From Promethearchaeota archaeon (GTDB lineage Archaea; Asgardarchaeota; Lokiarchaeia; Sigyniarchaeales; SOKP01), in the NCBI GenBank assembly GCA_048941265.1, contig JBHLNT010000001.1, positions 1-64,000 on the forward strand: a DNA stretch of 64,000 nucleotides. Direction: 5' to 3'. A program made the translations under genes and the position numbers. This document shows positions 28,043-38,182 of the stretch, in pieces. The notes beneath the pieces are model-generated. The model was not told the DNA's origin. It made no database searches and saw only the letters and a program-made list of their open reading frames with translations. Position 1 is the stretch's first letter. Each line of letters begins with the position of its first letter.

Positions 28043-28517
28043 TGATTTTTTTTAATGCTTTTTCGACTCCAAACTCAACTTTTTCCATAACTTTTTGATA
28101 TTCATCTGATTCAAAATCAATTGGGTCTGGAATTTCAATATTATCTTTTTCTCCAATAAAATCAAATAATAAGTAGACTTTCTCATTAAGATTCTTAATA
28201 TTTTTAAATTTTCTTTTAAATTTCTTTATGTGCCACTGCTCTTCGAAACCAAGAATTAAATCCTGTTTAAATATTAAGTCTTCATCAATTTGTTTACCCT
28301 CAAAATCACTGAAATCAATACCTTTATCGTTAAGATACTTAGCCGTTCCCTCTCGGGGTGTTTTAAAATAATTATAAAGTCCAGCAGAATCAAAATTTAC
28401 GTCTTTTAAATTCTCTTTAAATTTTGTTTCTTTTAACCATTTTGCAATATATTCTGCTCCAGGACTTCTTGATGTGTTCCCGCTACATAAAAATAAGACA
28501 TTTCTAATCCTTCCCAT
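28008..28517 (-). CDS. Low-molecular-weight protein phosphatase (LMW-PTP family)
   Basis: VLFLCSGNTSRSPGAE, DSAG, EIPDP. Confidence 0.88.
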   Translation of the reverse strand: MGRIRNVLFLCSGNTSRSPGAEYIAKWLKETKFKENLKDVNFDSAGLYNYFKTPREGTAKYLNDKGIDFSDFEGKQIDEDLIFKQDLILGFEEQWHIKKFKRKFKNIKNLNEKVYLLFDFIGEKDNIEIPDPIDFESDEYQKVMEKVEFGVEKALKKIIEINKKVEENN

Positions 28518-28665
28518 ACATATCTATTAGGAAAATACATTAATTAAAAAAAAAATTTTGTTAAAAATAAAAAAGAAAAAAGAATTATACAATTTTAATT
28601 AAAAAAAGAAAGCAAACTTTCATAATTTCTTATTATCTCAATAAATAAAAAAGAAAGTATTCTCT

Positions 28666-30237
28666 TTGAATCATAAAACTGATGTATTAATCATAGGAGG
28701 AGGGATCTCCGGATTAATCTTAGCGATTAAATTAAACGATTTATCTGAAGATATCAATATTTTAATTATTACTAAAGAAAAATTGGAAGATTGTAATACT
28801 TATCATGCCCAAGGAGGCATAGCCTGTGTTTGGGAAGAACAGGACAGTTTTGAAAAACATATCCAAGATACTTTGGTTGCTGGAGACGATCTATGCAAAG
28901 AGGACGTTGTTAGAAAAATTATTTCCCAAGCTCCATTAAGAATTCAAGATTTAATCGATTTAGGGATAAAATTTAATAAAGATAATAAGGGAAAGTATCA
29001 ACTTGGTCAGGAGGGAGGACATTCAGAGCGTAGGATCTTTCATGTAGATGATCTTACTGGAAAAAGCGTTGAGGAAGAATTAATCAAAAAAGTTAAAAAT
29101 TTAAATAACGTAGATATCTGGGAAAAACAATGTGCTATAAATTTATACGCGAAAAATTTAAAATGTTATGGTGCTTATGTTTTAGATCAAGAAACCCAAG
29201 TAATAAACAATATAAGCGCTAAGGCTACTATTTTGGCAACTGGAGGTGCCGGAAAAATTTATTTTTACACAACTAATCCCGATGTTGCCTCTGGAGATGG
29301 AATTGCTATGGCTTACCGAGCAGGTGCTATGATCTCAAATATGGAATTTTTTCAATTTCATCCTACTTGTCTATATCATCCTTTTGCGAAAAATTTCCTA
29401 ATTACTGAAGCAATGCGAGGTGAAGGTGCTATTTTAAAAGATTTAAAAGGAAGAGAATTCATGGCAAAATATCATCCTCTCAGAGATTTGGCGCCAAGAG
29501 ATACAGTATCCCGAGCTATTGATGCAGAATTAAAAAAAACCGGCGATGATCATGTATTGTTAGATATCGCTTCATATAGAGATTCTGATTTTATAAAAAA
29601 ACATTTTCCGGGGATTTATGAAAACTGTTTGAACTTTAATATTGATATCACAAAACAACCTATTCCAGTTGTTCCAGCAGCTCATTATTGTTGTGGAGGG
29701 GTGGTTGCAGAAATTAATGGAAAAACGGATGTTAAGAATTTATATGTTATTGGAGAGTCCGCATGTACAGGGCTTCATGGAGCAAATCGTTTAGCAAGTA
29801 ATTCATTATTAGAGGGTCTCGTTTGTGCAAATGAATGTGCTTCTACGATTTTTAACGAAATTAAAGAACTTAAACTAAGAAAATTTGAAGAATGGGAAAT
29901 TGGAGATGCTGTACCCTCATCAGAAGGAGTTATTGTTACTCAAAATTGGGATGAAATTAGATACACTATGCAGAATTTAGTAGGAGTTGTAAGATCCGAT
30001 ATGAGGTTAAAACGCGCGCTTAAGAGAATGAATCTTTTTTATGAAGAAATAGATCAATATTATTGGAATTATCAAATTGATAAAAATCTAGTTGAATTAA
30101 GGAATTTATCGATGGTTGCTGAAATTATAATAAGATGTGCGATGTCTCGTAAAGAGAGTAGAGGAACTCATTTTAATGAAGACCATCCTGAAAAGCAAGA
30201 AATTGCGAGGAATTCTTTCATTAAGAGACCATGGTAA
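28666..30237 (+). CDS. nadB: L-aspartate oxidase
   Basis: GGGISG FAD motif, AQGGIA, EGGHSERRIFH, QFHPT, LITEAMRGEG, LAPRD, PAAHY, GLHGANRLASNSLLEG, RKESRGTH. Confidence 0.95.
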   Translation: MNHKTDVLIIGGGISGLILAIKLNDLSEDINILIITKEKLEDCNTYHAQGGIACVWEEQDSFEKHIQDTLVAGDDLCKEDVVRKIISQAPLRIQDLIDLGIKFNKDNKGKYQLGQEGGHSERRIFHVDDLTGKSVEEELIKKVKNLNNVDIWEKQCAINLYAKNLKCYGAYVLDQETQVINNISAKATILATGGAGKIYFYTTNPDVASGDGIAMAYRAGAMISNMEFFQFHPTCLYHPFAKNFLITEAMRGEGAILKDLKGREFMAKYHPLRDLAPRDTVSRAIDAELKKTGDDHVLLDIASYRDSDFIKKHFPGIYENCLNFNIDITKQPIPVVPAAHYCCGGVVAEINGKTDVKNLYVIGESACTGLHGANRLASNSLLEGLVCANECASTIFNEIKELKLRKFEEWEIGDAVPSSEGVIVTQNWDEIRYTMQNLVGVVRSDMRLKRALKRMNLFYEEIDQYYWNYQIDKNLVELRNLSMVAEIIIRCAMSRKESRGTHFNEDHPEKQEIARNSFIKRPW

Positions 30238-30467
30238 GTTTTTTAAATTAATAAGATATCTTTCTCTTTTAATATTAAAATTGTCTAAACCAATCATTAT
30301 TAGACATTTCTTATTTTATTCTAAAATATGTCAGAATGATGATTTAGTTTATTTCTAAAGATATTATAATTTTTAAATAAATTCAAATTATAATTATCAT
30401 TATTAATGGTTAAATTAGTGAATTAAAACAATAAAGAAACTAGAAATTAATAATATCAAGTGGTTTT

Positions 30468-31280
30468 ATGGTTAAAACAGGCAATTTGGGCAAAAGGATT
30501 AGAATAGAAAGAATTATGAATAGAGATACGGGAAGAACTATTATTATACCTTTGGATCATGGAATGAGCATCGGTACTATTAAGGGTTTAGAAAATATTG
30601 CTCAAATGGTGGATAAAGTTGCGAGAGGTGGTGCTAATGCAGTTTTAGAGCATTCTGGGATGGTTGGAGCTGGTCATAGAGAGTATGGGAAAGATATTGG
30701 TCTGATTATTCATTTATCGGGTGCCACGAGTTTAGCTCCCGATCCCAATTGTAAAGTATTAGTGTGTACTGTCGAAAGGGCCCTAAAGATGGGGGCAGAT
30801 GCATGTTCCATACATGTTAATATAGGCGCAGATGATGAACCGCAGATGCTTATTGATGCCCATAAAGTTTCTGAATCATGTCGAGAATGGGGTCTGCCTT
30901 TATTAGCAATGATGTACCCAAGAGGTAAAAAAATTAAAAATGAAAACGATCCCGAGGTTGTAAATATTGCAGTGAGAGTCGGAGCAGAGCTCGGAGCAGA
31001 TATCGTAAAAACTAATTATACAGGAGATATAGACAGCTTTAAATACATTATAAGTAGTGTCCCAGTTCCCGTAATTATAGCGGGAGGTCCTAAAATGGAC
31101 ACTATTCCTGAATTATTACAATTAGCTCATGATTCCATCCAAGCAGGTGGAGCAGGAGTCGCTTTTGGGAGAAACGTTTTTCAAGCAGAGGATCCGACTA
31201 AACTGGTATCCGCTATCTCAAAAATTGTTCATGAGAATTATGAAGTTGATGAAGTGCTGAAAGAATATAAATTTGATTAA
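30468..31280 (+). CDS. aroA': 2-amino-3,7-dideoxy-D-threo-hept-6-ulosonate synthase / DhnA-type class I aldolase
   Basis: [77 protein letters not shown]. Confidence 0.8.
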   Translation: MVKTGNLGKRIRIERIMNRDTGRTIIIPLDHGMSIGTIKGLENIAQMVDKVARGGANAVLEHSGMVGAGHREYGKDIGLIIHLSGATSLAPDPNCKVLVCTVERALKMGADACSIHVNIGADDEPQMLIDAHKVSESCREWGLPLLAMMYPRGKKIKNENDPEVVNIAVRVGAELGADIVKTNYTGDIDSFKYIISSVPVPVIIAGGPKMDTIPELLQLAHDSIQAGGAGVAFGRNVFQAEDPTKLVSAISKIVHENYEVDEVLKEYKFD

Positions 31281-31295
31281 TTTTTATTAAATGCT

Positions 31296-32633
31296 ATGAT
31301 AACTAATCCAAAGCTTTATCCACTTTTCGCTCAGAAGATTAACAATAAGTTAAAATCCCAATTTTTAGAAGTATTTGATATTAAAACTGAAAAGGACCAA
31401 AAATACAAGACGATCATTTCGTTTCAAAATACAAAACAAAGAGAACTTTTCATTAGCAAGCACAAAAATTTAAAGATTATTAAAAGCATTGATATTATTC
31501 CCTCGATTGCTGTATCATTAAATGAAATTCAAATTCAAGAGATAAAAAGCGATGATTTAGTGATTAAAATTGAGGAAGACCAAAAACTTTATCTCTCAAT
31601 GCTAGACGTAATTGAAATTATTGGATTAAGTAGTTATAGGAAAGCAAAAATTCCGTATACAGGAAACAATGTAGTAATTGGAGTTATTGATGATGGAATA
31701 AATCCCGAATTTGATCCACTCGCTAATATAATCATGAATAAATATCAGCAATCCAATGGAGAGGCGAAAATTAACAATAAAAATACTAACGATAAAGTTA
31801 GCCATGGCACGCTAATGGCTAATTTAATAGGAAATCAATTTTTAGATGATAACGAAATAGTAATTGGAATTGCTCCAAATGCTAAAATATATGATTTTGA
31901 TATCTCCAATATAAAAGAAGAATACTATTTTTCAAATATCTTGGAAGTATTTGATTTTATTCTTAAAAATGGCATTAAATTAGATATTATTTTAATACCA
32001 TTAACTACATTAGAATCCTCTGATGGGAATGATATTTTGTCAATAGCATGTAATCTCCTTGTTGATAAGGACTTTATAATTCTATGTCCCGCTGGAAATT
32101 TTGGTCCTGAATCATATACAATTGGAAGTCCTGCAGCTGCTCAAAAAGTTTTAACAATAGGATCACTTACAAAGGAAATGACAATTGCGTATTATAGTGG
32201 AAGAGGTCCAACTTTAGATAATAGACTAAAGCCTAATATATGCTTACCAGGTTCAAAAATAGAAATTCCTATATCAAATAAGCGTCGCATTAGATTTTCA
32301 GGAACTAGTGTTTCTGCTGCTTTGGCATCAGGTTTAGTTGCTTTACTAAAAGAATATACTCCAAATATATCATATAAAGAATTAATGAATTTATTCCATA
32401 ATGTTAGCATTGATCTAAATTACGAAAATATCTCTCAAGGATATGGAACTGTAAATATAATGGAAATTTTCAGAAGATTAGGATATTACCAACAAGCAAT
32501 AAGGATCATACCTTATAAAGATTTAATTAAAAAGTCTTTAAAAGCATCTATTGAAATTATAACCTTTTTGATAATTATATATTTGATAGTTTATTTTTTT
32601 AATTTAATTTACTTGATTTATAATATATTTTAG
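31296..32633 (+). CDS. S8 (subtilisin-like) serine peptidase with propeptide and C-terminal TM helix
   Basis: VIGVIDDG, HGT, AGNFGP, SGRGPT.DNRLKP, SGTSVSA; hydrophobic C-terminus. Confidence 0.88.
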   Translation: MITNPKLYPLFAQKINNKLKSQFLEVFDIKTEKDQKYKTIISFQNTKQRELFISKHKNLKIIKSIDIIPSIAVSLNEIQIQEIKSDDLVIKIEEDQKLYLSMLDVIEIIGLSSYRKAKIPYTGNNVVIGVIDDGINPEFDPLANIIMNKYQQSNGEAKINNKNTNDKVSHGTLMANLIGNQFLDDNEIVIGIAPNAKIYDFDISNIKEEYYFSNILEVFDFILKNGIKLDIILIPLTTLESSDGNDILSIACNLLVDKDFIILCPAGNFGPESYTIGSPAAAQKVLTIGSLTKEMTIAYYSGRGPTLDNRLKPNICLPGSKIEIPISNKRRIRFSGTSVSAALASGLVALLKEYTPNISYKELMNLFHNVSIDLNYENISQGYGTVNIMEIFRRLGYYQQAIRIIPYKDLIKKSLKASIEIITFLIIIYLIVYFFNLIYLIYNIF

Positions 32634-32656
32634 AAAGCTTTAGAGAGAGGATATAA

Positions 32657-33205
32657 ATTTTTCCACTATTTCACGTAGCAGTTCCGTTGCTTTTATTTGA
32701 GATTCCTAGATTAAAGAAAAAGTATCGTATAAATAGACTTTCTTTAATTATTGGTTCGATGTTTCCAGACATCATTGATAAAACCATTCTTTTTTCAGGT
32801 TTAGGAAGTGGTCGCTTTTATTTCCATACATTATTGTTTGCTTTTTTAAGTTTTAGTATTCTTTTCTTAATAACTAAAGGGAATAAAGAAGTAGCTTATC
32901 CATTTTTAATTGGTATTATAATTCATTTATTATTAGATTTGCCTGGTATTCCAATATTTTATCCATTTATAGAATATGAGATTATAATTGTTCACGATCC
33001 AATTTCTCATTGGTTTCATACACTTTTAACTAACCCCATTATACAAATTACAGAAATCATTGGCGCAACTTCCTTGATGTTCATTATTTTGCATAATAAA
33101 TTATATAAATTTGAAAATTTTATCAATTATTTGAAAACCAGCCCTCGTTTACCGCCTATATTTGCATCTGAAACAAAACAAGAAATTCAAATCGTAGAAG
33201 ATTAA
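32657..33205 (+). CDS. Membrane-bound metal-dependent hydrolase (YdjM-like)
   Basis: GSMFPDIIDK, RFYFHTL, IIHLLLD. The family's N-terminal His (FPLFH) lies upstream of the listed TTG at 32687, implying an ATT start at 32657. Confidence 0.75.
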   Translation: MFPLFHVAVPLLLFEIPRLKKKYRINRLSLIIGSMFPDIIDKTILFSGLGSGRFYFHTLLFAFLSFSILFLITKGNKEVAYPFLIGIIIHLLLDLPGIPIFYPFIEYEIIIVHDPISHWFHTLLTNPIIQITEIIGATSLMFIILHNKLYKFENFINYLKTSPRLPPIFASETKQEIQIVED

Positions 33206-33318
33206 ATTATATTAATTTTATGAGATGATAAACCTCAAATAAGGAATTTTTTTATTTTTAAAGATTGCGGAGAAAATACTAGTTAAATGTATTGAAATAA
33301 TTTTTATTCTGAAGTATT

Positions 33319-34059
33319 ATGTCAAACCAAACTAAAATTCTTCAAATTATTGTGGATCATAGAGAAGGAAAATTAAAAGAGTTGTTAGACAAGAAGAAAG
33401 ATATAATAAATTATGAATCAAAACAATTAGATATCGCAGATATAATTATATCTAAAGATGTAGCAATAGAAAGGAAAGAAGGCTTTGATTTCGTGACCTC
33501 TATCATGGATAATCGCTTATTTGAACAACTTTTAAGGTTAAAAGAAACCTATCCTTGCCCCATTCTTATCCTAGAAGGCTTGAACGATGAAGTATTTGAA
33601 AATACTGGGATGAGAATCTCTTCCATTTATGGAGCGCTTTCATTTATATCTTATAAATTAGGCATCGCTGTAATTCCAACGAGGAATATAGAAGATACTG
33701 TTATAGTGATCGAAAGAATTGCTTATCGGGAACAAATAAAAGATGATATGCCTTTATTATCAAGAAAAGCACCGAAAGAAATGTCTGTTGAGCATAGAAG
33801 GACTTTTATCGTGGAAGGTTTTATAGATATTGGCCCTAAAAAAGCTAAAGCACTAATCGAAAAATTTAAAACTCCATATAGAGTTATAAAAGCTATAAGT
33901 AAAACAGAAGTTTTATATACAAGAACAGGAAATCCTAAAGATATAGAAGGTCCTCTTAAAGAAATTCCCGGGATTGGATGGAAATTTGTACACAAAAACA
34001 AAGAAATCCTATTCGGCAAAATTTCTAAGAATCCTCAGAAAAAACTGGATGAGATATGA
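33319..34059 (+). CDS. ERCC4/XPF-family nuclease (short form with HhH tail)
   Basis: IIVDHRE, ADIII...VAIERK..DF..SI.D.RLFEQ, LILEG, IGPKKAKAL. Confidence 0.9.
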   Translation: MSNQTKILQIIVDHREGKLKELLDKKKDIINYESKQLDIADIIISKDVAIERKEGFDFVTSIMDNRLFEQLLRLKETYPCPILILEGLNDEVFENTGMRISSIYGALSFISYKLGIAVIPTRNIEDTVIVIERIAYREQIKDDMPLLSRKAPKEMSVEHRRTFIVEGFIDIGPKKAKALIEKFKTPYRVIKAISKTEVLYTRTGNPKDIEGPLKEIPGIGWKFVHKNKEILFGKISKNPQKKLDEI

Positions 34060-34271
34060 GATTGTATATGATGTGTAAAAAAAATTACTTTAAAAATACA
34101 ATCAAATTTGGTTTAGGCCAGTTTTAATTTGTGTAGTAATTTCTAAGGAATACAATGATGAAAAATTAGGAATATTTTAATTGTTTAAATCCTCGTGTAT
34201 ATGAATAAAAATTTCTCTTCTTATATATTTCGGAAAATGGGTTTTACCTATACCTTTTTTAAAAGTTGTCT

Positions 34272-34712
34272 TTAGTTTATTGTACGTCGAGATAATTTAT
34301 TAGCTTTTTTTTTATACAAGTAAGTAAAATAATAATTTGAGCCAAAATAGAAGCCTGCCCAAGAAGGCATAAAGATTAGTGTAATCAGTAGATCCATCCA
34401 TACTATAACAATTATAACACCTAAAAATACAAATATTGGAATTGATACATAAAATGCTATTTTATTCATCAATAACGTACGCTCATAATAAGAAATGAGA
34501 TTTCTTTGCTGCTTTGGACTAAGAACTGAAAAATGAGTGGGACATAATTTGTAATTCGCACATTTAAGACAATAAAGCTCATTACATACCACACAAGTTG
34601 TGTAATTTAGAATCTTTCTGCCTTTATATCCATATTCTTTTGTTAAATATCTTCCACATACCGGACATTTTCCAATTATTACATCATTATATTCGTTTTC
34701 AGATATTACCAT
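34272..34712 (-). CDS. Cys-rich zinc-finger membrane protein
   Basis: CPVC, CVVC, CLKC, CPTH followed by two hydrophobic helices. Confidence 0.7.
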   Translation of the reverse strand: MVISENEYNDVIIGKCPVCGRYLTKEYGYKGRKILNYTTCVVCNELYCLKCANYKLCPTHFSVLSPKQQRNLISYYERTLLMNKIAFYVSIPIFVFLGVIIVIVWMDLLITLIFMPSWAGFYFGSNYYFTYLYKKKANKLSRRTIN

Positions 34713-34939
34713 ATTATTTTCGTAAATATATTTCTGAAATTAAAAAGATATAGTATTCTAAAATATATAAATACTAGAAGTTCAGTAAAATTAGTCTATT
34801 TTGCTCATTACCTCTTATTAACCAATATGAGAAGTGAGGTTGTTCAAAAAAAAAGGAGGAAATCTTATTTAGACAGATCAAGTGATTTTTTCAGTAAAAA
34901 ATTGATGAAATTTGAATATTTAAAAAAGGAAAAAAAATT

Positions 34940-36202
34940 TTAGAGGATATTTCTATATCTTCTTAATAAATTTTGGATAATAAATAGTTGAATGTTGCGG
35001 GCTCCTCCGATAACTTCTTCTATTTTACTCGTGTCCATATACTCATCTATAGGAGTATTGTCAGTTACACTTATTCCTCCCATTTGTTGTTGCACTTCAT
35101 AACAAATCTCGTGAGTAAGTTTAGATACAGAATACTTTCCCTGTGAAGATACGCCTGCTACCCATTTTTCTGCAACCTTACTAGGTTTTTCTGCAAATAA
35201 AATTTTTTCATCATATATAGTGGCAGCTTGAAGGGCTAATGATGTAGCAGCCGTAGTCTTTGATAATAGATCAGCTAATCCAAAGCCAACACCCTCGAAC
35301 TTTATCACTTCTTGCCCAAATTGTTTACGTAAATTCGTATAAATTATACCGTAAATAAGCCCTCCCCAACAGATCCCAATTCCACTCCCCATGATACCAA
35401 GGCGTTCGGGGACTAATCCTTCGAATAATCTAATATAACCGTCTCCATCATCCGCTAAAATATATTCTTTAGGGACTTTCACATTGTTCATAATGGTATG
35501 CGCAATATGAACTCGAGGTACTGATGAAATGTTTAGTCTTCTCGTTTCAAATCCAAATTCCCGCTTTATCATAGACTGTACCATTGTTTGTCTTGGATGT
35601 TCTTTATCATATACTCCGTAGCAGCAAATATAATCTGCTTTAGGTCCATTGGTAGTATAGACTTTTTCTCCATTATATATAACACCATCATCAACTTTTT
35701 TACATGTCATAGTCATATTTACTGCATCAGAACCCCGTTTTGGTTCAGTAATACCAATGCATCCAATTTTTTGGCCAGACATCAATTCATCTTGAACTTT
35801 CGATATGGCATCATTTTGACCCCCGTGGTGGAAATAATGAAATGTAGGATTACCACATAAAATTCCACTAGCTAAACGAGCGAGTTCAAGTTGGGGATCT
35901 AAGAGGGATAAATGTGTTGCCATTAGTATCTCCTTCTTCATACCATAAGGGGTGAAATCTTTCCATTTATTAATTCTTTGCATATATCCACTTTTCCCTA
36001 ATTCAGGAAAGAGTACGTAAACATCTTGAGATTTGTCTATTTTTGATTCTAACTCTAAGCAAAATGTTTGGAGTTCTTGACAAAATTCGATTTCTTCTTG
36101 GTTCAACATAGCAAATACATTATCATTAAAAATTTTGAAGACATTCTCTAAATTCATTTTTTCGAGAATGCTATCATTTATTATCTTCTCTTGAAACTTC
36201 AT
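34940..36202 (-). CDS. Acyl-CoA dehydrogenase family protein
   Basis: GCIGITEPKRGSD, NGEKVYTTNG, RKQFG, QQMGG, EVIGGARNIQ. Confidence 0.92.
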   Translation of the reverse strand: MKFQEKIINDSILEKMNLENVFKIFNDNVFAMLNQEEIEFCQELQTFCLELESKIDKSQDVYVLFPELGKSGYMQRINKWKDFTPYGMKKEILMATHLSLLDPQLELARLASGILCGNPTFHYFHHGGQNDAISKVQDELMSGQKIGCIGITEPKRGSDAVNMTMTCKKVDDGVIYNGEKVYTTNGPKADYICCYGVYDKEHPRQTMVQSMIKREFGFETRRLNISSVPRVHIAHTIMNNVKVPKEYILADDGDGYIRLFEGLVPERLGIMGSGIGICWGGLIYGIIYTNLRKQFGQEVIKFEGVGFGLADLLSKTTAATSLALQAATIYDEKILFAEKPSKVAEKWVAGVSSQGKYSVSKLTHEICYEVQQQMGGISVTDNTPIDEYMDTSKIEEVIGGARNIQLFIIQNLLRRYRNIL

Positions 36203-36379
36203 ATTTTCTCAATAAGGAGTTAATTTATGATTTTTATAATAATTTAATAAGTATTTACTTACAATTAAAATTTAATTTTAGATTCCCAATATGAAATTAT
36301 TAAATAATGATAAAATTATTATAATTTTAATTTAATTATTAAAATAAGAAAGAATGAATTAACTCGAAGTTAGATAAAG

Positions 36380-38128
36380 ATGGCAATCCTCCTTATTATG
36401 CTGATTATTCTTGCATCCATTATAATTCTCATTCTTTTACTAGTGTTTCGTTATCGTAGTTTTTTCGGCAAGATAAAAGTAATAAAAAGAAAAAAAGAAA
36501 AAGAAAAGTCATTAGACGTGGCATTAGAAAAATATGTAAGAGAAGAAAGTAAAGAGCCCATGAAACAAAAATTAGAAAAAATAACTGAAATGATTGCTCA
36601 AACTGAAGCATATATCGAGGATACAGTAAAGAAAAAGGTCAGGGTTGCTAAAAGTCAACTCAAAGTTAAAGAAAGTGAAGAAGCATTAATTAGTAAAGCT
36701 AAGATGGAATATAATACTTTTATTTCAGACTTTAAATCAGCAATGCCTAAAACAGAGAAAGAACGAGTTCAGGATATGAAAGAGCTTAAAAGTGCGATAT
36801 TAATGCTCGAAACTTTTGATGAAGAATCTTATGAGGCAAAACCTAAGGAATATGATGCGGGATTAGGTATGTTTTATGATAAGATGTCGCGCCGGTTCCT
36901 TTCTATCATAAATGAAAATAATCTGAACAAATATGATTTTATACCTATCCACGAGATAAAATATTATGCTTTTTCAAATATCAAGAATATAAAAAACGAT
37001 GACATTTTACCTATTTTAAACGTAATGAAAGATACAGAACTTTTGCGTAATTTAATCGAAATAAATCCTACGTTTCAAATCATTGTATTTAATAATGGGG
37101 AGAAATTAGATTTAACTTTCCCTGAAAAAGTTCTTTTAACATTTGCTTATGAAGAAGATATACTTACTAATCAAAAATTAATAGAGTTAACTGATTGGAA
37201 AGAGGATTATGCCAATAAAATTATTGAAGGTTTAAAGGATAAAGGTCTCATTAAGTTTGAAAATGAAAAAATTACAGTTGAGAATTTTGGAAGTGTGGAG
37301 GAACGGAGAAATTGGAACAAAATAATTCAAAATAAAATAGAAGAAGAGAAGAAAAAAGAAGAGGAAAAACGTAAACAACAGTTAGAAAGAGCCGCAAAGC
37401 TGAAAGAACGCTTAGGAGAGGTTGAAGAAGCAGTTATCTCAAAAGAGTCTGACTCTGAAAAAGTATTAAAACAAGAGCCAAGTAAAATTAAATTCAAGCA
37501 AAAACCTGCAATAAAAAAATTACCAAAACTTGAAGGAGAAATTAAACCAGAAGAGGTCACTAGTAAAGATAAACTTAAGGAAGAACAAGATATTAAGGAC
37601 AAGGATGATTTAATCGGAGCCATGGAGGCCCTTGACATAATAGCGCCCGCGAAATCGGTAGAAAAATTAGAATTAAAAGGAGATCTACTAGAAGAAGAAA
37701 TTTCCAATCTTGAAGAATTAATCCCTGAAAAAATATTAAGTTATCATGAAAAATTCACGTTGATTAATGGAGGTTTGTCTCAATATGAAAAAATAAAGCG
37801 ATTTATTGAGCGGGAGTTAGGAAAAATATCCGATGATTTGATAAAATCTGTACTTGAACAGCTAATAGAATTGCAGATGATACATGGCATATATAAAATT
37901 GGAGATTATGATTTTTACCTTTTTAATGAATTGTCACTAACAGAGGATGAAAAAACATTCATTCAATTTGCTATTAACAAGAAACCTATGTTTAAGGAAG
38001 ATTTTATACAAGGATTAAATTGGGATGAGGAAAAAATTTTAAAAACTATGAAAACTCTTCAAGAAAAAAGTATTTTAAGAATTGAAAACAACGAAATTAT
38101 TATCCCTGGGATAATTCAAAATAGATAA
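36380..38128 (+). CDS. Membrane-anchored protein with two Vps22/Vps36 (EAP30, ESCRT-II)-like tandem winged-helix units
   Basis: N-terminal TM helix. Unit 1 runs GLGMFYDKMS...DDIL...LTDWKEDYANKIIEGLKDKGLI; unit 2 runs NGGLSQYE...ISDDLIKSVLEQL...LNWDEEKILKTMKTLQEKSIL. Confidence 0.65.
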   Translation: MAILLIMLIILASIIILILLLVFRYRSFFGKIKVIKRKKEKEKSLDVALEKYVREESKEPMKQKLEKITEMIAQTEAYIEDTVKKKVRVAKSQLKVKESEEALISKAKMEYNTFISDFKSAMPKTEKERVQDMKELKSAILMLETFDEESYEAKPKEYDAGLGMFYDKMSRRFLSIINENNLNKYDFIPIHEIKYYAFSNIKNIKNDDILPILNVMKDTELLRNLIEINPTFQIIVFNNGEKLDLTFPEKVLLTFAYEEDILTNQKLIELTDWKEDYANKIIEGLKDKGLIKFENEKITVENFGSVEERRNWNKIIQNKIEEEKKKEEEKRKQQLERAAKLKERLGEVEEAVISKESDSEKVLKQEPSKIKFKQKPAIKKLPKLEGEIKPEEVTSKDKLKEEQDIKDKDDLIGAMEALDIIAPAKSVEKLELKGDLLEEEISNLEELIPEKILSYHEKFTLINGGLSQYEKIKRFIERELGKISDDLIKSVLEQLIELQMIHGIYKIGDYDFYLFNELSLTEDEKTFIQFAINKKPMFKEDFIQGLNWDEEKILKTMKTLQEKSILRIENNEIIIPGIIQNR

Positions 38129-38182
38129 TTAAATTTTAAATAAATATTAAAAGCAAACAAATAAATAATTGAGCAGAAAATT

